From Macrostomum lignano (Eukaryota), in the NCBI GenBank assembly GCA_002269645.1, contig NIVC01004689.1:1-38026 (forward strand): DNA of 38,026 nt, read 5' to 3'. Position numbers and translations under genes: made by a program. Positions 1-12,188 of the stretch are shown piece after piece. How positions within the stretch are numbered: the first letter of the stretch is position 1; each line of letters begins with the position of its first letter. The notes beneath the pieces are model-generated. The model was not told the origin of the DNA. It made no database searches and saw only the letters and a program-made list of their open reading frames with translations.

Positions 1-3000
1 GTATGCCCGGCTGCTGGACAGCCTGACTGTCAAGTCGGAGACCGGGTTTCCTCTGCTGCCAGAGTCTTTTGCTGTCCCGGGCGATAAGGTTGGTTAATAA
101 ATTAGTTAATTTATTTTAATTATCTAAGTCATATTTCTCTGCAGCTATTTAGTCACTTCAAATCCCCATGTGAGTACATGTCATAATCATATATCCCAAA
201 TCCCCACGTGAGTTTCTCATTATGTATTGTATATCCCAAATCCCTAGGTGAGTTCCTCATCATCATGTATCCCAACTCCCCAGGTGATTTCTCCTCATCA
301 TATCCCAAATCCCCTAGGTGAGTTCCTCACTATATCCAAATCCCCTAGGTGAGTTCCTCACCATATATCCCAAATCCCCAGGTGAGTTCCTCATCATGTA
401 TATCCCAAATCCCCAGGTGAGTTCCTCATCATGTATATCCAAATCCCCAGGTGAGTTCCTCATCATATCCTAAATCCCTAGGTGAGTTCCTCACCATATC
501 CCAAATCCCCAGGTGAGTTTCTCATCATGTATATCCCAAATCCCCAGGTGAGTTCCTCACTATATCCCAAATCCCCAGTTGAGTTCCTTACCATATCCCA
601 AATCCCCAGGTGAGTTCCTCATGTATATCCCAAATCCCCAGGTGAGTTCCTCATCATGTATATCCCAAATCCCCAGGTGAGTTCCTTATCCTATATCCCA
701 AATACCCAGGTAAGTTCCTCCTCATCATTTATCCCAGATCCCAGGTGAGTTCCCAATCATATCCACCATAGGCACTCCATCGCTCCTTTCAATCCCATAC
801 TATCTGCAGGTAGCAAGTGAACGCTCTCACCCAGGCAGCCAGGACCGCCAGGCAGTGGGGCCGCTGCCCCACCTGTGGACTCAGTCAGTCTATGCACTGT
901 GCTGCCTACTAAGGGACGGGTTTCTGCGTCCCCAAGAGCTGGATCCCATCGGCAGGCGTCTGGCTCTGGAGCCGAAGCCCGACTTGGTGGTGCAGGTGGT
1001 TGTTATCGCCGAGGATGCCAAGATAAGGAAAACTCTGCAGTCAAGATTTGGGCTGAAGCAGGTGATTGTGGGCCAATATGCCTGTCAGTGTTAGATCAGG
1101 GGGTGGTGGGTGGCCCAGCAGCTGAGGATCTGGGAGGCTGGCCAGCAACTGAGGATCTGGGATGCTGGCCCAGCAACTGAGTGTCTGGGAGGCTGGCCCA
1201 GCAACTGAGGATCTGGGATGCTGGCCCAGCAACTGAGTGTCTGGGAGGCTGGCCCAGCAACTGGGGATCTGGGCAGTTGGCCCAGCAACTGGGGATCTGG
1301 GAGGCTGGCCCAGCAACTGGGGATCTGGGAGGCTGGCCCAGCAACTGGGGATCTGGGAGGCTGGCCCAGCAACTGGGGATCTGGGAGGCTGGCCCAGCAA
1401 CTGAGGATCTGGGCGGTTGGCCAGCAACTGAGGATCTGGGCGGTTGGCCCAGCAACTGAAAAACTTAGCAAGCCGCACCAGTCGGAGACTTGAATCCCCT
1501 TCGAACCCGCCTAGGTGCAAGACTTCAGCGAAGTCCACTCGGCCACCAGAATCCGAGTTTTTCCGGCCAAAGTGCTCGGTCATTTCTACCGCCATCTCGG
1601 CCGGTGTCCGACGCTGGGCCTGAGCGGCCGTCCAATCAGCGATGTCGGCATCCTGGCCACCAGCCGTTTGTACAATGTCGGCTCTCGAACGGTGGTCTTC
1701 ACGCCGCAGTTCCTGGATCACCACTCATTCTATTTAAGTCTGGACGTTAATTTCCTATTGGATCTGTTTCGCACCGATGTGGCCTACCTGAAGAGCACCT
1801 GGTCAGCCGTTGGCCGCCCGCTGTTCGTCATTCCGGTTTATCACTGGTATTTCAATCCGGACACTGCTGAGGCATCGCAGACTGCTCTGCTGACCACCAT
1901 CAGGAAACTGCAGAGCGGTTATATTAACGGCACCAGGTGAAAAGAAGGGCACTGAACTACTGGGCTGAGGGATGTAGATTTTTTAAAGGCATTGCGGATG
2001 CTCTATAGACTGTTACGAGCTATATAGATTTACATAAAGTGTGTGATCTTTCTCATAGAGTATGGGATCTTATATATATGGCTTGAATTCCTAATTTAGA
2101 GTATGGAATCTTACTTATAGAGTAGAGGATCTTACTTGTAGGGTATGGGATCTAATTTGTAGGGTATGGGATCTAATTTATAGGGTATGGGATCTAATTT
2201 GTAGGGTATGGGATCTAATTTGTAGGGTATGGGATCTAATTTGTAGGGTATGGGATCTAATTTGTAGGGTATGGGATCTAATTTGTAGGGTATGGGATCT
2301 AATTTGTAGGGTATGGGATCTAATTTTTAGGTTATGGAATTTTACTTGTAGGGTATGGTATCTTATTTTTAGGTTATGGAATTTTACTTGTAGGGTATGG
2401 TATCTTATTTTTAGGGTATGGGATCTCACTTCTAAGGTATGGGATCTCACTTCTAAGGTATGGGATCATACTTGTAGGGTATGGTATGCATTTTTTAGGG
2501 TATGGGTCTTACGTGGTCTGGTGTGAGTCAACGTTTCGATGTATGAGATTCAAAATACGGTTTTAGAGATATTTCATAGAAGCTTTAAAGTCCTTTTAGG
2601 GAACCAAATATCATAGTTTAATTTATAAGCAAACTCGTGAATCTCATTTCAGAGTCACTCTCGGCAATCTGGCTGACTTTGTGGACACCAGCTGCGTTAC
2701 TCAGATGTCATTTTTGAACTCCAGCCAGAGCGGTGCGTGTTGGGACTGCGGACCTCTATGAAACATCTGGGAGGGTGGCCTAGCAACTGGGGATCTGGGA
2801 GGCTGGCCCAGCAACTGGGGATCTGGGAGGCTGGCCCAGCAACTGGGGATCTGGGAGGCTGGCCCAGCAACTGGGAATTTGGGAGGCTGGCCCAGCAACT
2901 GGGGATTTGGGAGGCTGGCCCAGCAACTGGGGATCTGGGAGGCTGGCCCAGCAACTGGGGATCTGGGAGGCTGGCCCAGCAACTGGGGATCTGGGAGGCT

Positions 3001-5468
3001 GGCCCAGCAACTGGGGATTTGGGAGGCTGGCCCAGCAACTGGGGATTTGGGAGGCTGGCCCAGCAACTGGGGATTTGGGAGGCTGGCCCAGCAACTGGGG
3101 ATCTGGGAGGCTGGCCCAGCAACTGGGGATTTGGGAGGCTGGCCCAGCAACTGGGGATTTGGGAGGCTGGCCCAGCAACTGGGGATCTGGGAGGCTGGCC
3201 CAGCAACTGGGGATTTGGGAGGCTGGCCCAGCAACTGGGGATCTGGGAGGCTGGCCCAGCAACTGGGGATTTGGGAGGCTGGCCCAGCAACTGGGGATTT
3301 GGGAGGCTGGCCCAGCAACTGGGGATTTGGGATGCTGGCCCAGCAACTGGGGATTTGGGAGGCTGGCCCAGCAACTGGGGATTTGGGAGGCTGGCCCAGC
3401 AACTGAGGATCCCCCTCTCTCCTGCTCAGACGGGCTGCTGGCCAAGGCCAGGGCCACAGCGGCAAACGAGTCGGCCCTGTTCAGCCGCGGCCGCTGCCGC
3501 CTCGGTTCGACAGCCTCCGTCCACTCGAGGACTTTCGGCAGCAGCGAGTCATCGCCTGAGGACCAGTGCACGGTGCGCACTCGTTCTCGACGTCAACCGC
3601 CGAGTTCAGCAGCTGCTTCTGCTGCCGCCGCCGCCGCAGCTTCTCGTCGACGCAAGTCGCTAGTTTTGAGTAGCGCCGTGTCGGAGGAGCTCGGCGAAGA
3701 TCTGGACGTCACGGACGCCGGCTTCGGCCTCGATTCGTTCGCCATCCATGCCGCCGCTGCCGCTGCCGCCGCGGCAACTTCATCGTTTGACGAGGACAGA
3801 CAGCACAGCGTTGGTGAGTCTGAGTCTAGACTTCTCATGGGGAATTCCTTGGATGGGGATAGACTTCTCATGGGGGATTCCTTGGATGGGGATAGACTTC
3901 TCATGGGGAATTCCTTGGATGGGGATAGACTTCTCATGGGGAATTCCTTGGCTGGGGATAGACTTCTCATGGGGAATTCCTTGGATGGGGATAGACTTCT
4001 CATGGGGAATTCCTTGGTTGGGGATAGACTTCTCATGGGGAATTCCTTGGTTGGGGATAGACTTCTCATGGGGAATTCCTTGGTTGGGGATAGACTTCTC
4101 ATGGGGAATTCCTTGGTTGGGGATAGACTTCTCATGGGGAATTCCTTGGTTGGGATAGACTTCTCATGGGGAATTCCTTGGATGGGGATAGACTTCTTTG
4201 GTTGAGGCTACGATTCTCATGGAGAATTTGATTAGGCTGAAAATACCAAATAGGAAATTCTTCAGTAAGTTTCTTCCCATAGAAAATTCTTCGTAAGCCC
4301 GAGAGATTCAAGGATGAGTTCTGTTCGTCGCAGGCCGCAGGCAGGCCAAGCTCAGAAGCTCCGGTCTCGCATCGCTGCAGATGCCAAATCTTGGCCAAAT
4401 GCTTGCCAAAGTCGGGCACTCGCCAGACGACAATGCTAGTAAATTTAAAACAAAAAATTTTTTAGCGCCGCTATGTATCTCGCGGTTCTATTTATTGATT
4501 TAATGATTGACTTTGATTTGATGACTTTGATAATCCAATCATATGCTTTGAGATGCCCAATTTAAAGCCGAATATTGAATCCCTAAATCCCATTCAAAAT
4601 CACCAATCCCATAAACAGATTCACAAGTCCCATAAACAGATTCACAAATCCCATAAACAGATTCATAAATCACATAAACAGATTCACAAATCCCATAAAC
4701 AGATTCACAAATCCCATAAACAGATTCACAAGTCCCATAAACAGATTCACAAATCCCGTAAACAGATTCACAAATCACATAAACAGATTCACAAATCCCG
4801 TAAACAGATTCACAAATCACATAAACAGATTCACAAATCACATAAACAGATTCACAAATCCCGTAAACAGATTCACAAATCCCATAAACAGATTCACAAA
4901 TCCCGTAAACAGATTCACAAATCCCATAAACAGATTCACAAATCCCATAAACAGATTCACAAGTCCCATAAACAGATTCACAAGTCCCATAAACAGATTC
5001 ACAAGTCCCATAAACAGATTCACAAATCCCGTAAACAGATTCACAAATCCCATAAACAGATTCATAAATCACATAAATCCACAATATGTATCTTGCATCT
5101 CAAAACCCATATTTCATATTGTAAATTAGAAATTCCCAAACAATGCGGCATATTGCACAGCCTACGAATTGGTTGTGTTAGCTTCACATTCACGACTTTA
5201 ATCACTCTCAGACCACTCGTCTCCGTTGGCGATGGCCTACCAGCGACTGAACTCCGTGTGCGAGGGCTCCGGACTCAGACGGACCGCGTCTTGGCGAGCC
5301 GTCATCGAGGACTGCGAGGAGCTGTGCGAAGGGAAACTCGACAATAGCAGTGCGGCTTTTGTTCATGCTTTATTGGGACGCGCTTTCGCGCTTGGGAATC
5401 GTGTTTATACTGTATTGTCCCTGTGTGCTGCGGATAGCCTGTCTCTGGCAAAAGATAGACAGACAGAC

Positions 5469-5531
<63 letters not shown>

Positions 5532-8500
5532 CTATACGACACAAAGATACAGACACTAAGACACTAAGACAGACAGAAAGACACTAAGAAAGCTAAGCAA
5601 AAAAAGCCAAATGCATTGTTCTTGCAGCCTATCCCCGACATCTTTGATGATTTCTAACTCCCCCTAGCAACCTTTCCCCAACAGTGACCCACAGGTTGCG
5701 CAAGCCAGCCACCCTGGAACACGTGGACAGCGGCGAGAACATGAAGCGGGTTCTGCGTCACGGACAGGATCGCGACCGAGGCCATCTAGGCGTAGGCAAT
5801 GGTGACGAAGGTCGGACACTTTCCGGACATCGCCTGTCCGAGTTGGCGGACAAAGAGCTGCTGAGAAAGTTGGAGGCCTCTGATCAGCTTTACGAACAGT
5901 TTGATCTGCTGTACCAGCTGTACCTTAACAGGTGAGGGCTGCTGTGTTGGCGGAGTGAGAGAGAGGGAGACAGCCAGAGAGGGAGACAGTGAGAGGGAGA
6001 CAGTGAGACAGGGAGACAGTGAGAGAGGGAGACAGTGAGACAGGGAGAGGGGGAGACAGGGAGAGATGGAGAGAGGGAGAGAGGGAGACAGTGAGAGAGG
6101 AAGACAGGGAGAGAGGGAGACAGGGAGAGAGGGAGACAGTGAGAGAGGGAGACAGTGAGAGAGGAAGACAGGGAGAGATGGAGAGAGGGAGAGAGGGAGA
6201 CAGTGAGAGAGAGAAACAGTGAGAGAGGGAGACAGTGAGACAGGAAGAGGGGGAGACAGGGAGAGATGGAGAGAGGGAGAGAGGGAGACAGGGAGAGAGG
6301 GAGACAGTGAGAGAGGGATACAGTGAGAGAGGAAGACAGGGAGAGAGGGAGAGAGGGAGACAGGGAGAGAGGGAGACAGTGAGAGAGGGATACAGTGAGA
6401 GAGGAAGACAGGGAGAGAGGGATACAGGGAGAGAGGGAGACAGGGAGAGAGAGAGACAGTGAGAGAGGGAGACAGTGAGACAGGAAGAGGGGGAGACAGG
6501 GAGAGATGGAGAGAGGGAGAGAGGGAGACAGTGAGAGAGGAAGACAGTGAGAGAGGGAGACAGTGAGAGAGGGAGACAGGGAGAGAGGGAGACAGGGAGA
6601 GAGGGAGACAGTGAGAGAGGGAGACAGTGAGAGAGGGAGACAGGGAGAGAGGGAGACAGTGAGAGAGGAAGACAGGGAGAGAGGGAGACAGGGAGAGAGG
6701 GAGACAGTGAGACAGTGAGACAGGGAGAGGGGGAGACAGTGGGAGAGGAAGACAGTGAGACAGTGAGACAGGGAGAGGGGGAGACAGTGGGAGAGGGAGA
6801 CAGTGAGACAGTGAGACAGAGAGAGGGGGAGACAGGGAGACAGTGAGACAGTGAGACAGTGGGAGAGGGAGACAGTGAGACAGTGAGACAGGGAGAGGGG
6901 GAGACAGTGGGAGAGGGAGACAGTGAGACAGGGAGAGGGGGAGACAGTGGAAGAGGGAGACAGTGAGACAGTGAGACAGGGAGCGGGGGAGACAGGGAGA
7001 GAGGGAGAGTAGTGCCAGGCCAACCCTGAACTCCCCACAGAGGCCTGGACTATGACACTGGCTGGCAGGAGGCGGCAGGTCCCGTGACAGTCCGCGATCT
7101 GGTCAAAGAGCTGTACGAGAAGGCTGGCTCTCTCAGGCAGTGGTGGCTGGTCAGATTCACTGCCGGGATGCTAGATAAGCGAGTGGAAAATCTGCCAATG
7201 TTTCTCACCGATCTGCTGGTCAGACAGAAGCAGGTATTGAAGCCAGGATTTCTGACGCAGGATGTCAAGTTGTTTATTTGGTATAGTGGATTTCCGGATT
7301 CTGTTTTTGGGATTTCGGGCTTCGGTTTTGGGATTCGGTTTTGTGGATTTCGGGATTTCGGGATTTCGAGATTCGTTTTTGGGGATTTCGGGATTCGGTT
7401 TTGGGGATTTCGGGATTTTGGGATTTCGGGATTTCGGGATTTCGGGATTTCGGGATTCGGTTTTGGGACTTTAAGATTCGGTTTTGCAATTTTTTTGGAT
7501 TTAGTGATTCAGTTTTCTGATTTTGGGAATCGGATGCGTCATTTCGGGATTTTTGGATTAAGATTTTTAAAAATCCCATTAAACCGCAGGTAACCGTGGG
7601 CCTCCCGCCGGAGCCGCCGCACGCCGTTATCAACTCACCGCTGGCTTCGGGTGTCCTGGCCGCCAGGATTCGAGCCGCCTGCGCAGGCGACCTGACGCTG
7701 GGCGTGCTCACTCAGGAGCTGCTGGTCTATCTGAGCATGCTGGCTCGCACTGAGCCGCAGCTATTCGCCAGCACCTGCCGGGTCAGGGTCGGACTTATCG
7801 TTCGGGTCATGGGGTCCGAAATGGGTCGAGCTCTGGGACTCAACGGTGAGGATTAATAACTATATGTACAAGTCACGGGTTTTGAATTGATCTCACTGGT
7901 CCATGATGACCATTGTCTATGACTCTTAAGGCATCCAGCGACCGTTAACTACCCAGAATCCATGACTAATCTTATTTTTTATGACTCAATGAACAATAAT
8001 CAATGACTCATGGCAGTTTAATGACTCAGTGATCCGCAAAGCAGTACCTATTAGTTCTTGATGACTCAATGACCCGGAATGCATGATCTATGACTATTTA
8101 GAGACTCAATGACCCAGAATGCATGACCTATGACTATTTAGAGACTCAATGACCCAAAATACATGACCTATGACTATTTAGAGACTCAATGACCCAGCAT
8201 GCATGACCTATGACTATTTATTGACTCAATGACCCGGAATGCATGACCTATGACTATTTAGAGACTCAATGACCCGGAATGCATGACCTATGACTATTTA
8301 GAGACTCAATGACCCAGAATGCATGACCTATGACCATTTAATGACTCATGAACCCTGAATCCATGCCCCGTAGTCACTCATTTTTAGCATCGAATTGACA
8401 GAATTTTCTATTTTTTCAACTTCTCAGCCGAAGAAGCCACCGAACACCTTCTTGGCCTGAGTCCGTTCGAAATGAAGACATTGCTTCATCACATACTTAG

Positions 8501-11500
8501 CGGCAAAGAGTTTCGTGCGGAGTACAGTGAGTTTCACTTTCTGTTGCTATGGTCTTCTGTGCCAGTTTATTTGTTATTTTTGTTGCTGTTGTTGTTGTTG
8601 TTTTTTTTTGTTAGACAACATATCGTCTAGTCAATTTTATTTCTAACTTATATTGATTTGTTTGTCATTTTTGCAGCTCAAGACGAAAAAGTCACGCTTG
8701 AGGTAGGTGATATAGAACTTTTTACTGTCTACAAGGGCCTGTCGTGAAATTCACACCCCTTCACTGGTTGCTGGTCCACTGCCTCGCATTGATACTGACT
8801 GACACTATAGCACAGCCTCGGCTAAAATATGCATGGACACAGACACAGACACAGCCATAGACACAGACACAGACACAGACACAGCCACAGACACCCAGAC
8901 ACAGACACAGACACAGACACAGCCACAGACACAGCCACAGACACAGCCACAGACACAGCCACAGACACAGACACAGACACAGACGCAGGCACAAGCACAG
9001 ACACAGACACAGGCACAGGCACAGACGCAGACACAGACACAGGCACAGCCACAGACACAAGCACAGACACAGGCACAGACGCAGACACAACCGCAAGGCA
9101 CAGACACAGGCACAGACACAGACACAGACGCAGTCACAGACACAGACACAGACGCAGGCACAAGCACAAGCACAGACACTGACACAGACGCAGGCACAGG
9201 CACAGACACAGACACAAGCACAGACACAGGCACAGACGCAGACACAGGTACAGGTACAGACACAGACACAGACACAGACACAGACGCAGTCACAGACACA
9301 GACACAGACGCAGGCACAAGCACAAGCACAGACACAGACACAGACGCAGGCACAGACACAAAAAACAATCACAGACACAGACACAGACGCAGGCACAAGC
9401 ACAGACACAGACACAGACGCAGTCACAGACACAGACACAGACACAGACACAGGCACAAGCACAAGCACAGACACAGACACAGACACAGCCACAGACACAG
9501 CCACAGACACAACCGCAAGGCACAGACACAGTCACAGACACAGACACAGACACAGACGCAGGCACAAGCACAGAAACAGACACAGACGCGGTCACAGACA
9601 CAGACGCAGGCACAAGCACAGACACAGGCACAGACGCAGACACAGGTACAGGTACAGACACAGACACAGACACAGACACAAACGCGGGCACAAGCACAGA
9701 CACAGACACAGACACAGGCACAGGCACAGACGCAGACACAGACACAAGCACAGACACAGGCACAGACGCAGACACAGGTACAGGTACAGACACAGACACA
9801 GGCACAGACACAGACGCAGGCACAAGCACAGACACAGACACAGGTACAGACACAGGTACAGACACAGGCACAGACACAGACACAGACGCAGGCACAAGCA
9901 CAGACACAGACACAGACACAGTCACAGGCACAGGCACAGGCGCAAACACAGACGCAGGCACAGACACAGGCACAGACGCAGGCACAGACACAGGCACAGA
10001 CGCAGGCACAGACAGACACAGACAGACACAGGCACAGACACAGGCACAGACACAGGCACAGACACAGGCACAGACACAGGCACAGACACAGGCACAGACG
10101 CAGGCAGACACAGACAGGCACAGACACAGGCACAGACACAGGCACAGACACAGGCACAGACGCAGGCACTGACGCAGACACCCCGAACCCGCCTCCAGTC
10201 GGACAGCAGGCTCATAGATTTCCGCCCCCTATCGGCGGAGGCGGCGGAGACACGGCTGAACCAGACCATGAGCTCTGACAGGCGCGGCCAGTGGCTCCGC
10301 AGACGCAAAATCGACGGCGCCCTCAGTCGAGTTCCGGCCGGCTTTTATCGGCAGATGTGGCGCCTGCTGGAACGGGTGGACGGGCTGAACATTCGCGGCC
10401 ACATCATTGGCCAGCATCTGACCCGGGAGATGACCGCTGGGGAGCCAAAGTTTGCTCTGCAGGTTGGCTGCTGAACTGTGTGGGTTCTGTGGGATTCTGT
10501 GTGGGATTTTAGTAGATTGTGCTGAAGGCAATTTGGACTTTGAATTAACTTTTCAGGTGGAGTCCATCATCACATCCGTGCCTGTGCCCGAGTACCGGCA
10601 GCTGGTTGTGGAAGCTCTCAGCCTGCTGGTCCGCCTGCCGGATATGGATCCCGATGGCCGCCTTGCTGGGCTGCAGGTTGGTGCTGCTTGGGTCTGGGAG
10701 GCTGGCCCAGCAACTGGGGATCTGGGAGGCTGGCCCAGCAACTGGGGATCTGGGAGGCTGGCCCAGCAACTGGGGATCTGGGAGGCTGGCCCAGCAACTG
10801 GGGATCTGGGAGGCTGGCCCAGCAACTGAGGATCTGGGAGGCTGGCCCAGCAACTGAGGATCTGGGAGGCTTGCCCAGCAACTGGGGATCTGAGAGACTG
10901 GCCCAGCAACTGAGGATCTGAGAGGCTGGCCCAGCAACTGGGGATCTGGGAGGCTGGCCCAGCAACTGACACTCTGGGAGGCTGGCCCAGAAACTGGGGA
11001 TCTGGGAGGCTGGCCCAGCAACTGGGGATCTGGGAGGCTGGCCCAGAAACTAAGGATCTGGGAGGCTGGCCTTAGCAACTGGGGATCTGGGAGGCTGGCC
11101 TAGCAACTGGGGATCTGGGAGGCTGGCCCAGCAACTGAGATCTGGGAGGCTGGCCCAGCAACTGGGGATCTGGGAGGCTGGCCCAGCAACTGACACTCTG
11201 GGAGGCTGGCCCAGAAACTGGGGATCTGGGAGGCTGGCCCAGCAACTGGGGATCTGGGAGGCTGGCCCAGAAACTAAGGATCTGGGAGGCTGGCCTTAGC
11301 AACTGGGGATCTGGGAGGCTGGCCTAGCAACTGGGGATCTGGGAGGCTGGCCCAGCAACTGAGATCTGGGAGGCTGGCCCAGCAACTGGGGATCTGGGAG
11401 GCTGGCCCAGCAACTGGGGATCTGGGAGGCTCCAAAAAGCATCCGAGAACCCCAAACCACCTATCCGCAGGGCCGGGTGCTGCCTGTGGAGCAGCTGGTC

Positions 11501-11746
11501 CACTCGGCGAACCGAATCTTCCTGGAGGACCTGCTGGCGGCCAGTTCGGGCGGTGACAGTGGATTGGTCGCCAGCTGCGGCTGCCGCATCGGCGGCGACG
11601 GCTGCGGCGCCTGCGGTCTGTGCGGCCGGTTTTACGACACAGCGCCCAGCGGCCGGTTCGGCACCCTCGCCTACCTGGTGCGGGCCCTGCCGGACCTGCT
11701 GCCGCTGCCCGCGGACAGCGACGGACTGGAGTGCCCGGTGCAGTAG
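1..11746 (+). CDS. PHKA: Phosphorylase b kinase regulatory subunit alpha (PHKA1/PHKA2-like), 5'-truncated by the window edge; 15 exons, ~982 aa encoded here
   Basis: Hand-spliced exons, all GT-AG and phase-consistent: 1-88, 810-1061, 1515-1936, 2653-2732, 3430-3813, 4334-4438 (least certain), 5212-5349, 5685-5931, 7041-7233, 7590-7845, 8428-8526, 8677-8702, 10199-10462, 10557-10676, 11471-11746. Translation has PHKA hallmark blocks: [127 protein letters not shown]. It ends in CPVQ-stop, a CaaX box like the CAMQ of mammalian alpha subunits. Confidence 0.95.
162..752. repeat. Intronic minisatellite, ~31-36 bp unit ATATCCCAAATCCCCAGGTGAGTTCCTCATC, ~18 copies
   Basis: Directly visible tandem copies in the first PHKA intron of the window. 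Confidence 0.9.
1112..1460. repeat. 28-bp minisatellite CTGGGAGGCTGGCCCAGCAACTGGGGAT (array 1)
   Basis: About 12 tandem units inside intron 1062-1514. Confidence 0.95.
2095..2510. repeat. 21-bp minisatellite TTGTAGGGTATGGGATCTAAT
   Basis: Tandem units in intron 1937-2652; yields a 7-aa periodic pseudo-ORF (IRSHTLQ). Confidence 0.9.
2762..3410. repeat. 28-bp minisatellite CTGGGAGGCTGGCCCAGCAACTGGGGAT (array 2)
   Basis: About 23 tandem units filling intron 2733-3429; same unit and orientation as 1112-1460. Confidence 0.95.
3827..4200. repeat. 33-bp minisatellite AGACTTCTCATGGGGAATTCCTTGGWTGGGGAT
   Basis: About 11 tandem units starting ~13 nt after the donor at 3814. Confidence 0.95.
4585..5082. 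repeat. 21-bp minisatellite AAATCCCATAAACAGATTCAC
   Basis: About 23 tandem units in intron 4439-5211. Confidence 0.95.
5455..5580. repeat. (GACA)n microsatellite
   Basis: Direct tetranucleotide run in intron 5350-5684. Confidence 0.9.
5955..7010. repeat. GA-rich compound minisatellite (GGGAGACAGTGAGAGA-type)
   Basis: Fills intron 5932-7040; related to the reverse-complement array at 29270-30170. Confidence 0.9.
7285..7560. repeat. Degenerate 8-bp repeat GGGATTTC / GATTCGGTTTT
   Basis: Visible in intron 7234-7589. Confidence 0.8.
7900..8360. repeat. 40-bp minisatellite GACTCAATGACCCAGAATGCATGACCTATGACTATTTAGA
   Basis: Units at a 40-bp period (e.g. 8063, 8103, 8143), with degenerate ATGACT-rich copies to the left. 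Confidence 0.9.
8677..8702 (+). CDS. PHKA: 26-nt PHKA micro-exon (T)QDEKVTLE
   Basis: tttttgcag acceptor and GAG|gtaggt donor. It is needed to convert phase 1 (exon ending 8526) to phase 0 (exon starting 10199). Confidence 0.75.
8837..10180. repeat. Hexamer-based satellite (CACAGA/CACAGG/CGCAGA)n with longer duplicated blocks
   Basis: Fills intron 8703-10198; source of the QT/DT/CV dipeptide pseudo-ORFs. Confidence 0.95.
10690..11430. repeat. 28-bp minisatellite CTGGGAGGCTGGCCCAGCAACTGGGGAT (array 3)
   Basis: About 26 units filling intron 10677-11470; same family and orientation as arrays 1 and 2. Confidence 0.95.
11732..11746 (+). other. PHKA: C-terminal CaaX (farnesylation-type) motif CPVQ-stop of PHKA
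   Basis: tgc ccg gtg cag tag at the end of the last exon. Phosphorylase kinase alpha and beta subunits are known to be farnesylated at a terminal CaaX. Confidence 0.8.
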
Positions 11747-11824
11747 CGAGTGACCTGCGGAGTGACTTTTGGAGTGCCGCGAAGAGTGCCACCGTTGTGC
11801 TTGCCTTTACAAGTGGCCCGGTGC

Positions 11825-12005
11825 ACTCTGCCTCCCCCGACTCTCCCTCTGCCTCCCCCGACTCTCCCTCTGCCTCCCCCGACTCTCCCTCTGCCTCCCC
11901 CGACTCTCCCTCTGGCCCCCCCCGACTCTCCCTCTGTCTCCCCCGACTCTCCCCCTGCCTCTCCCGACTCTCCCTCTGCCTCTCCCGACTCTCCCTGTCT
12001 CCCTC
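11825..12005. repeat. 21-bp pyrimidine-rich repeat CTCCCCCGACTCTCCCTCTGC in the PHKA 3' UTR
   Basis: About 8 tandem units after the stop codon. Confidence 0.9.
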
Positions 12006-12188
12006 ACGCTCCTCTATCTCCCAATCCTTTTACAGCATGTTGAACTCATCTTTTAACTAAGTGTGGCTATCAACGAGTTTCAATCAGCAATAGACTCAAC
12101 AGTGCAATATACACTCATATCATGGGTTAAAGGCAGTCATTTGTTACACTTATTCGCTTACAATCCCTCTAGTTTTGTGCTGTCCGGA

